From Octopus sinensis (lineage: Eukaryota), in NCBI RefSeq assembly GCF_006345805.1, contig NC_043004.1, forward strand, positions 43,462,001-43,526,000: a DNA stretch of 64,000 nucleotides, read 5' to 3'. The notes beneath the pieces were generated by a model. That model was not told the DNA's origin, made no database searches, and worked only from the letters and a program-made list of their open reading frames with translations. This document shows positions 39,409-53,653 of this stretch, piece by piece. Every line of letters begins with the position of its first letter. Positions within the stretch are counted from its first letter, which is position 1. Position numbers and translations under genes: made by a program.

Positions 39409-41089
39409 GCGTATATACATCATTGGGATATTTCTTAATTTTACAACAAATATCAATTTATACTCAATCTTCTGATATCTTTATTCACATTCTCTCATGT
39501 ATATATGTGCTGAACAAATCCATTAAATCTATCTAAAATTTCAGGAATTTAATATTCTAAAATGTGATGATCAAACCTAATCCCAGCCACGCAGGTTGTC
39601 ACTATCTTATGCTCAAATACTCTGGAGCATAGAATAATCATATTCATATGCAATCGTGAACGCAGATTTTTAAAAACATAAGTTCATCCTAGATTCAATA
39701 ATATTTTATTACAAATATGTCGATATTAATATTTCATTTCAAGTCTATCGTACAAGAACATTTCTTAATGCGTAAAATGCTTATAAAGAAATCCCCAACG
39801 CTAATTGAACTCGGTAATAGAAAATATTAATAAAAAGGCGTTCACATACATTTAATATAAAATCGATATACATTTATTATACAAATACATTCATAAATGT
39901 AAATGATTTACAACCAGTTGCTTACTTTTGTAGGCGAAGGGGTGTCTGTGAAATAAGAAGTGGCCACATGGTTCAGTGTTCACTGTCATGCCGTGAAAAC
40001 TAGGGCAAGTGTTTCCCACTAAGTCTTCGTCTAACAAAAGTCTTCTCAGAGAATGAGGTAAAGGGCAACGGAAAGGAATCCGTCGGGATATCCTTCATCC
40101 TACTAGCATGGAAGGAAAATATATTATAGAAGAAATTGCAACATTACATAACTGAGTTCTTAGTCATGATTTATAGAAGCGAAATAGCCCAACTGTGTAA
40201 ATATTTTATTTCATAATACACCCCGCACACATGCACACACACACATACACACACACACACGTACACTCATATATATATATTGACCGACATAATTTCTGTG
40301 CATTTTCTTGATCTCATTTTTCAAAATTAAGCACGCGGGACAATTATATTTTATCGAACAAGTATGCACACACATATGTGTGTGTGTGTGAGAGAGAGAA
40401 TGCGTGTATGTGTGTGTCAATGTGTTTGTGTTTGTTTCACTAAGGTTAAACCATCGGTATTGATCTCCTTACATACCTATAAATTATTATTTCAGATGTG
40501 AATGTTATACAATACGATACGTAAAATAAATAATACAATACAATTTCCAAGCTTTTTTGAATAAGCACTGGAGTCGATTATTTTGAATATGCTGTTCAAT
40601 GCACTGCCCTATCATGGCCCCAGTCCACTAATTGAAATATGTAAAACTTAAAAGTATATAAACAGCTGCCGTTCCGCCATCCCACTGGCTCCGGCTCGTA
40701 GTATCAGTTGTCACGTGTAATATTTCACTGAGCAACAGCCATGAATTCGCCGGTATTTTTATTATCAGGATACGTTTAACTCTCTTCCAATATTTAGATG
40801 ACTTCAATCCTCCAATTCAGCTCTACATTTTCTGAACTACAGCTTTAATTATTATCCTCTCCAGCGCCCGTCGACACACATCAAACTGTTCTTGAAGAAA
40901 GAGGACACAGAGATCGTCAACTTTACGTCGAACACCCTCTATATACACTCACAAACAAGGCACAAATAAATAGAGACACACCATCAAATATTGCTTTATG
41001 TTTATTTGAACTTGAAGAAGTTTATGTTTTATATTAATTGACATATTTATGTTTCAGATTCTTTATGTGAGTATTTAATCATTCTACGT

Positions 41090-42050
41090 GCAAAAGAAGC
41101 CTTGGAGAGTTCGAATTTCCAAAAGGTCGTCTTGTAGGTCAATCTGAATATGGACGTCTTCAACGTACAATCCCGCTAATTAGAATTAATAGGGATTGCT
41201 CAAGTCACCAGAGAGGAGAAGGCGTCCACATCACCTCGCCGAGATCGAGCAGAGCCCTCTGCCAGGTTCCTTCCCTTTGTGAAGATAAGAGTGGAGGATA
41301 ATCCTCCTTGCAAGGTGTCTGACATAGCAGAACAAGTTGATTTCAGTCCCAAAACAGGTGTCAGGTATCTCCTCAAACTTGCTTACTATGGAAAAGCAGG
41401 AAGGATAAAGCCACTTTTTCGACCAGCCGATATCCAGCAGATAAATGTTTGGGCCAGCGAGAAACCACTAGCATTTTGGGACAGCGTAATATTTTCTGAT
41501 GAGTTCAGATTTGGTGTATTTTCTGACAGTGGTCGATTTTGGGTCTGAAGAATCTGTGATGAAATGTTTGATGTGTAAAATTGCAGTCAGTAATGAAATT
41601 CGGCGGCTATTCTGTGGTATGGGGAGCAATTTGGAGCAATGGTCGGTGACAGCTGTTGGAGTGTGAGGGAAACATAAACCTAGATTAATATGTGTCATAT
41701 CGCAGAAATGACTCCTTCAAATCTTCTCCAGTGGTGAAATTATTAAAGAAGACTATTTAAGGAAGATGGAGATCCTTGTCACACGGCTAAAAAGGCCCAA
41801 GGCTGGTTGGAAGAGAATGACATTGAAAAGCTTCAATGGCCAAGCTACTAACCAGATATGAACTCGATTGAAAATCTCTGGGGCATAACTGACAGGATAC
41901 TTCGTAAAAAGAAAAAGAAAGCATCTGCAACACGAGATGTTTTGAAACTACTGCATAAAATTTCGCAAGAAATTCCTGGAAAGAATATTTGTCATCTGAT
42001 CAGTAGCATGGCTAATAGGGTCTTTCCATTGAAAACTACTACTGAATATT
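41090..42050 (+). mobile_element. Decayed Tc1-like (DD34E) transposase
   Basis: FWDSVIFSDEFRF, FKEDGDPCHTAKKAQGWLEEN, WPSY*PDMNSIENLW and SSMANRV are Tc1 motifs. Stops and frameshifts present; TIRs not identified. Confidence 0.85.
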
Positions 42051-42218
42051 AGATATTCTCATCATAATCATTAATAAATAATTTGAATGTATAAATTCAC
42101 ATATAAATAAACGTTAACGATTATAAGGGTATCTATTTATTTCTGTCATGTGTGTGTGTGTGTGTATGTATGTGTCTGTATATATACACACACACACTCA
42201 CACATACATATATAAATG

Positions 42219-42265
<47 letters not shown>

Positions 42266-42344
42266 TATATATATGTATGTATTTATATATACTGTTGTAT
42301 GTATTTAGGGATAGTCATTTTTCTTTTGCCAAATAAAAACCGAA

Positions 42345-42540
42345 GTTATTCACCGGAAAGGCAAAGTTCGTAACAGCCTGGCTGTAGTGACGTTACAAAT
42401 CCTTTCTACAACTGAGTGAACTGGAGCAACGTGAGGTAAAGTGTCTAGCCGAAGGACGCAACAGACTGGCACGTCTGGGATCGAACTCCCTACTCCATGA
42501 TTGTGAGCCCGACGCTCTAACAACTGAAACACTGCGTACG
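42345..42540 (-). mobile_element. tRNA-derived SINE (family C-like), partial
   Basis: caactgagtgaactggagcaacgtgagg...gggatcgaactccc...gacgctctaacaactgaaacactgcg. Confidence 0.75.
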
Positions 42541-42879
42541 TTATCAATTATGAAAATGAGGTGTAACTATTTTCGAGTGCTGATTTATTTGAAAAAGATA
42601 TCTTTATTTAGTGTTGTGTATGAATATTAGAGGTATTTCACCATTGATTGTAAAATATTTAACCTACTGACTTTACACTAAGTACAATTTAAATATGCCA
42701 TTATCATAGTTTTTATATTTAAATATTGTTTTAGTTCTTATTGCTTTGACCGAGATGGTACACCAATAAATAAGTTCTATAAATGGAAATGGAATTTCAA
42801 CAATTTGCTAATGAACACTTCTCATATTCTTTCTTTTCTACTCTAGAAACAATGCCCCCATTTTTTTTTTTTGCTTTTG

Positions 42880-43054
42880 TGGGAGGGAGTAGATTAGATA
42901 GAACCAAGAACGAAACTGGTACTTAATTTATCGACCTCGAAAGGATGAAAGGCAAAGTCGACCTCGGCTGTATTTGAACTCAGAACGTAACGGCAGATGA
43001 AATACCGCTTAAGCATTTCGCCTGGCGTGCTAACAATTCAGCCAGCTCGTCACC
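42880..43054 (-). mobile_element. Family-A SINE (alternative tail)
   Basis: ggtacttaatttatcgacctcgaaaggatgaaaggcaaagtcgacctcgg...gccagctcgtcacc. Confidence 0.88.
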
Positions 43055-43069
43055 TTACATATAAAAAAT

Positions 43070-43084
43070 ATTATTATTATTATT

Positions 43085-43140
<56 letters not shown>

Positions 43141-43147
43141 CAACAAC

Positions 43148-43178
<31 letters not shown>

Positions 43179-43280
43179 TAATAATAATAATAATAATAAT
43201 AACGACGACGATGATGATGATAAAGATGAGGATGATGATGAGGATGAGGATGATGAGGATGATGATATGATGATGATGAT
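43070..43280. repeat. (AAT)n grading into (GAT)n
   Basis: Direct reading. Confidence 0.92.
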
Positions 43281-44745
43281 ATCAAAGCCCAAGTCAGGTC
43301 CCTTGTTGATAAAGTGTATACTTTCAGTGCTGATATCAGAATGGAGTTCGGACTGAGAAAGTGTGGTGTGTTAGTCTTGAAGAGAAGCAAAATCAAATGT
43401 ATGGGCGGGCTATCGATACTGTCGGGGGAGGATATGAACCAGATAGAAGAGACTTGGAGATTTTGGAAATGGAAAAAATAGAGAAAGAAATGACAGAAAA
43501 ATATTAAGGCGAAGTACCTGTGCAAACTTAAATTGATCCTTAAGTCGAAATTAAACAGACGGAATGAGATTGAAGCTATCAACACCTAGGCCGTTTCACT
43601 CTTTCGATATGGAGCAGGGGTAATGGCATGTACAGTAGACGAGCTAAACAGCTCAGATTTTACAAGGAAGTTGCTAACTAGATATAGGACACACCACCCA
43701 AAATGTGATGCAGACAGACTGTATGTACGAAGTAAAAGAGGGGGAAGAATATTGAATGCGAACATGACATTAAAGCAGAGGAAAATAACATAGTATGATA
43801 TGTGGAAAATGCCACAGAACCGTTATTATTAGAAGTAAGAAGTTCAGGCCTGTGTAGGATGAAAGTTTGCAAAGATAAAGCACAGCACAAGCAATTGAAA
43901 ACGAATGAAACTGAAAATAGATGGGTATACAATTTCATAGGGATGTTGAAGATGCATGGGCAATTTCATAGTGATGTTAAAGATAAGGCAGATAAAGAAA
44001 AATGATGGCAGTGGATGACTAAAAGTGATTTAGAACCGGGAATAACGGTTCTAGGCGGTGCTGCCTAAGAGCAAGCACTAAGAACAAACTACATAAAATA
44101 CAGAATAGACAAGCATTTGTGGATAAAATGGTGAAACCGTATATCGTATTACCAGCCAATGTACCCCACTAGCCCAGAAGGAAGATAAGAGATGCCACCA
44201 CAATATAGCCAGGCTTGTCCATCGGACACTTTACAACAAGTATGGACTTGGCAGAGCAAAAAAACTGGTACGGCCACAAGCTTCAAGGCATCATCGAAAC
44301 TGATAATGCAAAGATCCTGTGGGATTTTATTATTCAGTGCGACCATGAGATATAGACTAGGAAACTAGACAGTCTTAATTGAGAGAGGAAGCAAACTATG
44401 CTGGATCATAGATATATCATGCACAGCTGACAAGTTATGCGATAAGGAAGAAAGAAAAGTCGATAGATACGACAGGTTAGCTTGGGAGGTTAAGCAGTTA
44501 TAGTCGATGACAAATGTGGTAGTAGTAGTAATAATTGTCGGAGCCTTGGGAACAGTGAGTAAAACTTTTGAGAAGTACATGGAATAAATAGGAGCTTCAA
44601 TAAGGGTGAAGCACTTGAAGAAAACAGCACTGATTGGAACTGCTCGAATACTCCGGAAGGTGCTCGAAAAATGAAGAGTTACCTTCCTTCACTGGTAGTG
44701 AACAGTTGACACAGTAGTACATCTCCAGTGTTAGAAGCTGCGCAA
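43275..44745 (+). mobile_element. 5'-truncated, decayed R4/Dong-clade non-LTR retrotransposon (RT C-terminus, zinc-knuckle region, RLE)
   Basis: SLVDKVYTFSADIRMEFGLRKCGVLVLKR, KLILKSKLNRRNEIEAINT, HPKCDADRLYV, KILWDF, CWIIDISC...YDRLAWEVKQL, IIVGALG. Flanked by AAT/GAT tracts. Confidence 0.9.
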
Positions 44746-44759
44746 AGAGAATAATAATG

Positions 44760-44960
44760 ATCAGGAATTTGTTGATGATGGACGACTATGATGATGATGA
44801 TGTTGTTTACGGTGATGCAGATGATGATGATGAAGAAAAACAAAGATGGAGAAGAAGAAGAAGAAGAAGAAGAAGAAGAAGAAGAAGAAGAAGAAAAAGA
44901 AGAAGAAGAAGAAGAAGAAGAAGAAGAAAAAGGAGAAGGAGGAGGAGGAGAAGTAGGGCA
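44760..44960. repeat. (GAT)n followed by a long (GAA)n/(GGA)n purine tract
   Basis: Direct reading. Confidence 0.92.
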
Positions 44961-45566
44961 AAGAGAAGGAGAATGAAACTTATATTAATATTTATGCTCA
45001 TAATAGCGGCCATGTTCCTGATCATCTATTAATGTTAAACTTTCAACATCATTATTGCTGCTCCTCAGACGTTTTTGTTGTTGTTGTTTCTGCACAAGAG
45101 ACGACGTTCATATCAGTTATAGATAATACGAATACGATGTCAATTATAGACAATACAAATATGTGTTTACAAAATCGCTGCGTTTAAGCATGTTTCTAGA
45201 TTATTCAATTGTCAGTAACTTTTAAGCGCATATCACTTCATATCGGAATTCTTTTCATATGAATATTTAAGACTATTTTAAATTCATTTTGTATATTCTA
45301 TTTATTTAAAACTTTTAATTTGATGTCATTCATCTTGTTTAAACTACATAAAAAGAGCATGACAAAGTTTAATTAATATATTCTTAGTTTATTTAATTTG
45401 ATTTAGCTTATGATTAACGCATTGCATGTTTTAATTAATAGAGATAGAAGCCGTATTAATACAAAAAGTTAATGTATATCACCACTTGAAAATGGATGTT
45501 GTGTTAGAACACAGATCACTGCAGTAGCTACCATGCGACAACTTCTAATATAGACGATTGTTGCGA

Positions 45567-45925
45567 GCGTGGCTCAGTGGTAAGTTGCCTAGTTCCCAAA
45601 CAAATGTTTCGAGTTAAGCTTACAAAAATGTCTTCTACTTTAGCCGTGTTCTGACCTAAGCTTGGTGAGTGAATTTTATAGACAGAAATTGAAGAGACTC
45701 ACTGATATATGTTTGTGTGTGTATACTTGTGTATTTGTCTGTGTGGTCCCCATCACTGATTTACAACGACTGTGTTGGTTTGCTTGCGTCCTTGTAACTT
45801 AGCAAAAGAGACAGATAGAATAAGTAACAGGCTGTACAATAACTAAGAATTGGAGTAGACTCTTTCAGCCAAAACTCTTCAAGAGGTTGCCCCAGCACAG
45901 CTGCAGTCTCAAACGAATAGAAGAT
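45567..45925 (+). mobile_element. Old family-B SINE
   Basis: gcgtggctcagtggtaag...aatgtcttctactttagc...cttggtgagtgaattt...cttagcaaaagagacagatagaataagt...cccagcacagctgcagtc. Confidence 0.75.
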
Positions 45926-45949
45926 GAGAGATATTGTATTTTGAATTGC

Positions 45950-46404
45950 ATCTTTTTGACTTTTTCCAATTTTCTCCAAGTGACGCGAATCAGTTGCAGT
46001 AGATGTCCGGAACTCTGATCCGAGTTTTCGGACCGTTGTTATTGGATTTCAAACAAATTATTTAATTCGTCATGTTGAATACCTGATTTTGGTCCCACTC
46101 TTGGTTCAAGGCTTTCATTTCCTGAACGAAATCTTTGGAACCATCGCTGAACAGTTCTAATGTCAACATAATCGTTACCGAAAGCTCGTTTGATGTTACG
46201 TATAGCGTCGGTGGCAGAGTGACCCAACTTTCATTCGTACAAGAAAATCACTCGGGATTGTTCAGTTGTCAATATTGGGTAGCACTTATGAAAAATAGTA
46301 TTGTCAAGAAAGAAAAAGAGCTAAGACTAAACAAGCATATACATAGAAAGTAACTAAAAATCCATAAGAAACCCATTTAAAATACGTTTCATGTGAGTCT
46401 AATA
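45950..46404 (-). mobile_element. 5' part of a mariner transposon (N-terminal HTH domains)
   Basis: GHSATDAIRNIKRAFGNDYVDIRTVQRWFQRFRSGNESLE (HTH1), then PITTVRK...RHLEKIGKSQK (HTH2). A TIR-like TATTAGACTCACATGAAA lies at the right end. Confidence 0.85.
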
Positions 46405-47092
46405 TCTATCTATATATGTACATATATGTATGTGTGAGTGTATGTGTGTATGCATGTGTGCGTGTATGTAGCTATACATACGCATGCACGCGTTTGTGTA
46501 TTTATTCCTCATTACAACTATGAGTGTATTTATATCTGCATATATATATATATAGTTCCGCTGGACTAGCCACCTAACAGGTGATATAAAACCCAAACAT
46601 TTCACAAGATTCACCAGAACTATTCGAACAGACACCAACCAACAGTCATCACAGTTGCTCCCATTGGAACACAAGGTAAAACCTAAAATGAATTCCTCGC
46701 TTTTTCAAGAACATGAATTTTTTATATTGAATGCATATCACCACTATGAACTACTACTTCATACTCTTTAAACACATAGCATGGACTCGCTCCAATATAT
46801 ATGAATTTTTTATTATATATGTTTTTTTATATTTGATAGCATGAACTATCTTTTTTATATAAACATTTTTTTTGATAAGGTTCGTCATTTCAAGAACCGA
46901 AACATGTTAAATAAATAATGTTTATATAAAAATCAAAAATTTGTCTAATATAGCAGCATTTTCAAACTTCATTTTTTACAAATATATATATATATATAAA
47001 TTTTTTAATTTAAAACAAAATTCCATACACCCATTTTCATTAAAAAATTACCTTTAATTTAGCATTCTGCCTTTTTATAATTTTTCCTTGCC

Positions 47093-47181
<89 letters not shown>

Positions 47182-48545
47182 TATATAATATATATATATA
47201 TAATATATATATGCGTTTATTCTCGTATCTGTGTGCTTGATGTCATGTATGTGTGAATTGTATGAGTGTGCCAAAGTATTCATTATCGTAAGTGATCCTG
47301 TTCAGTTGCCCTGTTTTTTAGTGTTTCCCTTTCAGGTGCATATCTGAGAATTGAAGATACTGTGAAACAATCTCCCTAAATATTCTAACCTTGACAGGAC
47401 GACTTTACTTCTATACATCTATCCAATCAGGTGAGTTGCTCGGACAAATGTAACCCTTCCACATTAGACGTCCCAAACAAGCAATGAAACATGAATGACT
47501 GGCCTGGATTTTAGTAGCATTTTGCTAACTGAAATATCTCATCTGCACACTCCACGAATACTTATGGCAGCAATTGTTTGCTACATGAACTGGAGTGGAC
47601 CGGAAGTTAAATTCTTTGTTCTCTTTTTTTCGTCAGTTCATCTTTATTTCGAGTGATATTTGCCATGGATTCATCTGCCGAAACCTTGCTGTATCCTATG
47701 ATTTCAACGTACTTGGCTTGCGTTGTTGCATACTATTTGTCCAAGAAACAATATTCTGACTGGTGCTACTTCTCAGTGTCGCAGTAGACACGTGGGTAAT
47801 AATAGCTAAGAGCTAATTCGACACACCTTGGAATATTGCACATATCGAACCAAGTCCCTATGTCGTATATAGTTCAACGTCGTCATAACAAGTTCTCTGC
47901 ATGGCTAAATGAAAATATTACTTATATATTACTTAAAGCTGGTTATGCTAATGTCTGGCTGAGTTTTCGAAAATACTATCTATGCGTTAAATCTAATTAA
48001 GCAAAACAATATGGCCATGCCTCAAATGTAATTTTCTGGTTGATGTTATTAATTTACTTCAATGGATTATATTAAATGTAATATATTCAATAGAACAGCA
48101 TTTACATAGTTTTGTTGAAATATATTTGATGTATAGATTTGAAAGAATGTGAATTATTTTCCTATTATTTATTATGTTGATATCGCAGATCTAAGTAAAT
48201 TTGAAGATAAAATTATGTTTGAACAGCTTCATTTGACATTTGAAACTTCAGTATTTTGTCAGTTTTTCCTTGTATTTTCTTTCATCGCTAATCTAGTTTG
48301 ATATAGACATTTTGTTTACAACTCATTTACTTCGCTATTATGGTATATATAACAGAGCAATGACACTGGATAGCTTCAATAGGCTTGTGATTGTGTGTGA
48401 CACTTTTACACGATTCGTAATTTGTCATTTCATTTTCGCTTTATTGCTACATCATTATACGATAAATGAATCGCTGGCGGCAGCATCAAGCGAATACATG
48501 TATATGTGTGCGTATACATACATACCTAAATATATATATATATAT

Positions 48546-49852
48546 TAGCTGTTGGACTCGGTGTTGCTCGTATTTTGAGTTTTGAGTTTAATCCTACCTC
48601 TGATCTTGTATTGAAATTTTCTAAGCTCCCCCATGCCAACTATTACATGTTAAGATGTTATATCTGGTTCGGCAGGGATTTTACCCGCTTAATGCTTTCG
48701 ATATAATCCTACATACTGGGCCGTCTGAAATCGTTGTCAAACTTTTGGGTGTACCTCGACCCGTTGTGAGTTATGTTTGTACATTTCACTTCCCTTAATT
48801 CCACCCTCAGTACAAAATTGATCAGCGTATCCAGTCTCAGCAAAATCCAAAGAAAACTGTTATGGTTATGTTATAACATAGAATCCATGTGACCATTTAC
48901 GTGAAAATACTCCATTGACTTTTAAATCCCAATATATTATATGCATAATCGATGTTTCATATGTCGAAGCGTTTAGTTTTACTCATGGGTCAGTTTTATT
49001 CAAAATCAGTTCATTATTATATTCTGGGTGAATTTTGACGATTTCTACGTTTCACCAGTTACATTTTAATTCTACTATATGCCTCCGATCATAAACTTTA
49101 CCAAAATGTTAAATTACGTCGAAATCGGATGAATTCTGCAACAGTTACAACATAGAATAATAATCCTATGGGTAACTGCATACAGTATGGCTATTGATTT
49201 CTTAAAACACTCCTAGCATGCGCAATTATCAATTTTTGTCAACTCTTCATGCTGTCATCAGCTAATGGACATGAACTGTAATCATGTGTCAATTTTTTTA
49301 CAAAATTGATAAAAATGTGCCGAAGAAGATACTTATTTGCATTTGCGCGCTGTTCAATCCCTTTTAAATTAAATAAACACCTTCACCCTCTACCCACCAC
49401 AAAATTTACTTTCATCTCAAATTTCATTAATACAGAAAACTAATATAAAACTTATGGCCAAAAATAAAATCGTTATGGGTATTTGCACGCAAAACGCCTA
49501 TTGATTTTCTGAAACCACTGCTCAGGTGGAATTAAGAATTTTTTGCCAATGCCATATACTGACATCAACTCAATGCCATGAGCTTCGCTCACGCATGGAT
49601 TTTCATCAAAATCAGCTAAAAGATGCAAAAGCTGCAGGGAAAATAACATCCTTATATGAATTCCCATTCAAAACACCCGATTTAGCTCCGAAGAATTCAT
49701 ACAAACTGAGCATTATCAAGTTTTCGAAAACTTCCGGCCTTATTTGAACTTCAGGGCATATGACCTACCTATGTGCCAAAAATCATTAAGATTGGTTGGA
49801 CGTTATGGGAGGAGTTAGAGTAACCCCAAACACATACAGACAACCATTACAC

Positions 49853-49860
<8 letters not shown>
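48546..49860 (-). mobile_element. Probable non-autonomous Helitron-like element inserted in (TA)n
   Basis: Left end ttagctgttggactcggtgttgctcg resembles the 3' end of the element at 62658; right end gggaggagttag...cacatacagac...tttatatata resembles its 5' end. Confidence 0.55.
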
Positions 49861-49924
<64 letters not shown>

Positions 49925-50706
49925 ATGTGTGTGTCTGTGTGTGTGTGTCCGTGTGTGTATGTCTGTGTGTGTGTAAATGTTTACTCTGCATTTAGATGTT
50001 GGATAACTAGCAATCAGCGTGCTTGTTGCTTGCATATCTAGGCATGCATTCATGTATATATACATATGTATATACATTTTCTATAATTATAAGTATAATT
50101 ATAATCAGGGGTCAGCTAATTCTTCGCCACGCACCCAATTTAGAAGCAGCAGTTAAAAATACAATTCCGCTACCATAAATATCTCCAAGACAGTAACACG
50201 CTTTTTGGGTGTTATATAATATATAATGTTACCCAAAAAGGTTATTTTAACGTACCGGGCTACTTGGTAAAATTTTAAATTATTAATTAATTAATTTTAC
50301 CCTTTTATTGACATATATATTGACATATATATACATATGTATACATACATATAGACATGCGAACAAGCACTCTGTTATTATTATTATATATTTTAGAGAG
50401 TGTATTTACGATTTCCAACAGCTCTTGCATTTCATTTTCAATATGCTTTATATCCCTACGTGTTTTCACACATAACTATCTTGCTTATGGAATCTAACCA
50501 CTATCTTTGAATTTTCTCTCTTCGTACTGCATCATATCCACTGGAACTAAAGTGTCAAATTCACACCATATTTATTTCATCACGTGAGTTCTTGTCTTAT
50601 TTGTATTAGGTATATATGTATGTGTGCGCGTGTGTGTTTAACTATATATATGTACGGGTTGTATATCCATATTTGTTTCTGACTTGTGTGTGCGTGTATA
50701 TCTATG

Positions 50707-50760
<54 letters not shown>

Positions 50761-50766
50761 TAAATT

Positions 50767-50887
50767 AGAGATAAAACCACTATTAGGCAAATCAAACAGT
50801 GAAAGACATAAGCCAGTACATAAATTAATTTTATGCACTGGCTTATGTTATTCACTGTTTGATTTGCCTAATAGTGGTTTTATCTCT
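50767..50887. repeat. Long inverted repeat (58-bp arms, 3 mismatches, 5-nt loop)
   Basis: agagataaaaccactattaggcaaatcaaacagtgaa...cataaa / tttatg...ttcactgtttgatttgcctaatagtggttttatctct. Confidence 0.95.
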
Positions 50888-50996
50888 GACTTAATATAAT
50901 ATATATAATGTAATATATTTTTACAATAAAATTGGATTTAATCCCAAATCTAATTTTTCCCTGTAAGTTTGGATTTATTCCCTAATATTATTATTA

Positions 50997-51033
<37 letters not shown>

Positions 51034-51038
51034 TAATA

Positions 51039-51074
<36 letters not shown>

Positions 51075-51076
51075 TG

Positions 51077-51120
<44 letters not shown>

Positions 51121-51424
51121 AATATATATATGCATATGCAAACGTACGTTTACGTATGTTCATGTATGTAACTGTATAACGTAGTGTATGTTGGCATATA
51201 TACGATGCATTGAGAAAGAAATTGGAAATTATATAGGTTAAGTGTAGAATGTATAAATGTGAATACATCTACATCAATAAATTTACGACGAAATATATTT
51301 GCATTATAATACTTCTGATATTGCTTGCCACGGATAATTTGCGCACAATGTAATTATATACATACATATATACATACATACATATATATATATATATTTG
51401 TGTCTTTGTACGTCTGTGTTTTGA

Positions 51425-51513
<89 letters not shown>

Positions 51514-51538
51514 GTGTGTGTGTGCTTGTATATATGTG

Positions 51539-51570
<32 letters not shown>

Positions 51571-52328
51571 ATATATATATATATTTGTTTCCTTTCCGAA
51601 ATGTATTTCTGTATCGCCTCGTTTATTTACTTCTTTGTATATTTATTTGTATGAATCCTTAAACGTGACAGTTATAATTTGATTTTGGCTTTATCAAGTT
51701 TAAGTTTGCTGAACTATTATTGAACGCTCGCTTGCTTCAAGATGAATCGTTAGATTTCTATTTTGCCCAAGTTAATAAAATGTCAAACAAAATGACATTT
51801 TGAGTATGCTTTGAGATAAAAAGCAAAAAAAGAAATCGATTTTGTTACCAGATATCTCTCTAAAAACTATCGCTTCTCTATTACTTCTTCGTAAAAAGAA
51901 ACGTGTTTTTTTTTTCTAATATATTTACGTAGATTGTCCCTACATACGTAACGCATCTTCACAGTGTTCAATTCTATTTTTATTTATTTATTGTAATTTC
52001 AGTTCATTTCCGATGGTCTGGAAGAAATTGCTTTATGGTTCATAGAGTTTATTGTTATTCCTTTAAATCTCCTCTTTAGCCAAAAGGACCATAATGGAGG
52101 AACAAAAACACGTTTACATACGCATATTCTATTTCAGACACATAAATACACAGCTTAAGGCACGCGCACATGAACACCGACACAAACATTCAACGTCGCC
52201 TATATTCTTGTATATGCTTAACTATCTACGTGCCTACATAACTTCCTCTCTCTCTCCATATATGTGTGTGTATGTGTGTGTATGTGTGTGTTTGTGTGTG
52301 TTAGTGTGTGTGTATACATACAAACACA

Positions 52329-52412
<84 letters not shown>

Positions 52413-52699
52413 ATATGAGCGCAGATACAGACACGTATACGTATTTCTTTAGTGGTAACCGTCGTAAGTGTTCTGGCATACTTGAGCAGCGCCTTCATTT
52501 ATTTTCTGTCAGTTTATTTTTTCGTTTTCTGCCAGCTTCTTGCTCTTTGGTTCACTTTGTATCCGATGATTTTCACCGAGAGTACCCTTGAATGTTTTTT
52601 TTTGGGGGGGGGCGGTATCGTTAATAATTTATCGAATGATTTCAATGCTTCATTGAAAGTTCCTCTCTCTTTCTCTGTCTGTCCTTCTCGGTCATTGTT

Positions 52700-52732
<33 letters not shown>

Positions 52733-53653
52733 AACTCTTCGGTGTTCAAGTGTGGAAAGGCGCAGAGCTTTGACACATTTTCAGCAATTAAAGCTTTTAC
52801 CCGAAATTATTTTACTTTTTCTCTACTAATGAGACTGGATGTATTTGGCCACAAATGCTGAGTGCAGTAGGACAATCTGCTCAGAACTAAGGTTTTCCAT
52901 AGAATCAGAACAAGTACTGGTTCTCTTTCCACGAACCTTCCTTTGATCCATCCAATAAAATATCTACATTCTAAGATCTATGGCATGCATAATTTGACAT
53001 GATTACTCCTAAATCTCCTATAATAGGGCTCTAAATCATTATATGGTGTGAAATCATGTGATTTCTATTTGTTGTTGTCGTAATGCAGAGCCTGAAATTT
53101 TGATGTATTAAATTTCATATTGCTTTTATCTGTCCATTAATAAATATGACTTAGATCGTTTTGGTGTGTGACAATTTCTTCAGGAGTTTGGATTGCCAAT
53201 AATAGCTTTGCATCACTGTCGTAGCTTATCACGTTGGCCAAATTAATTTGTGAGTTTTACATGATAGGATAATAAATAAAAACATGCTCTAAGCTATACC
53301 ACTTCTTAATAGTGATATTAGCGAGAGAAAACCGTTTGCAGCAACAGATTAATTTATACCCACTAAATATTTAAAGAACCATTAAACGTGTTTTCCTGTG
53401 CTATCAAGATCTGTTAACCTATGACAGATGATACCATGATCAATCTAGTGAAGCAGTTTAACCAAATCAGGCTTTATGCAGTCCAGTGTTAATTTCTCTC
53501 AAGAGATTATTGAGGGTAATATCACGGTGCTGTAATTGTTGTGTCAGACAACTTCGTTGACTTCAAAAACCATGTTTTATACTGTTTAAGAGTTTATTTT
53601 CTCTCAGGGTATGCAATGTTTCGTTTGTGGGCAATGCATTTAGGAATTTTGGA

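Noticed and set aside
40875-41030. Acceptor-like site followed by open frames
   Set aside because: No recognisable domain and no good donor; cannot be supported.
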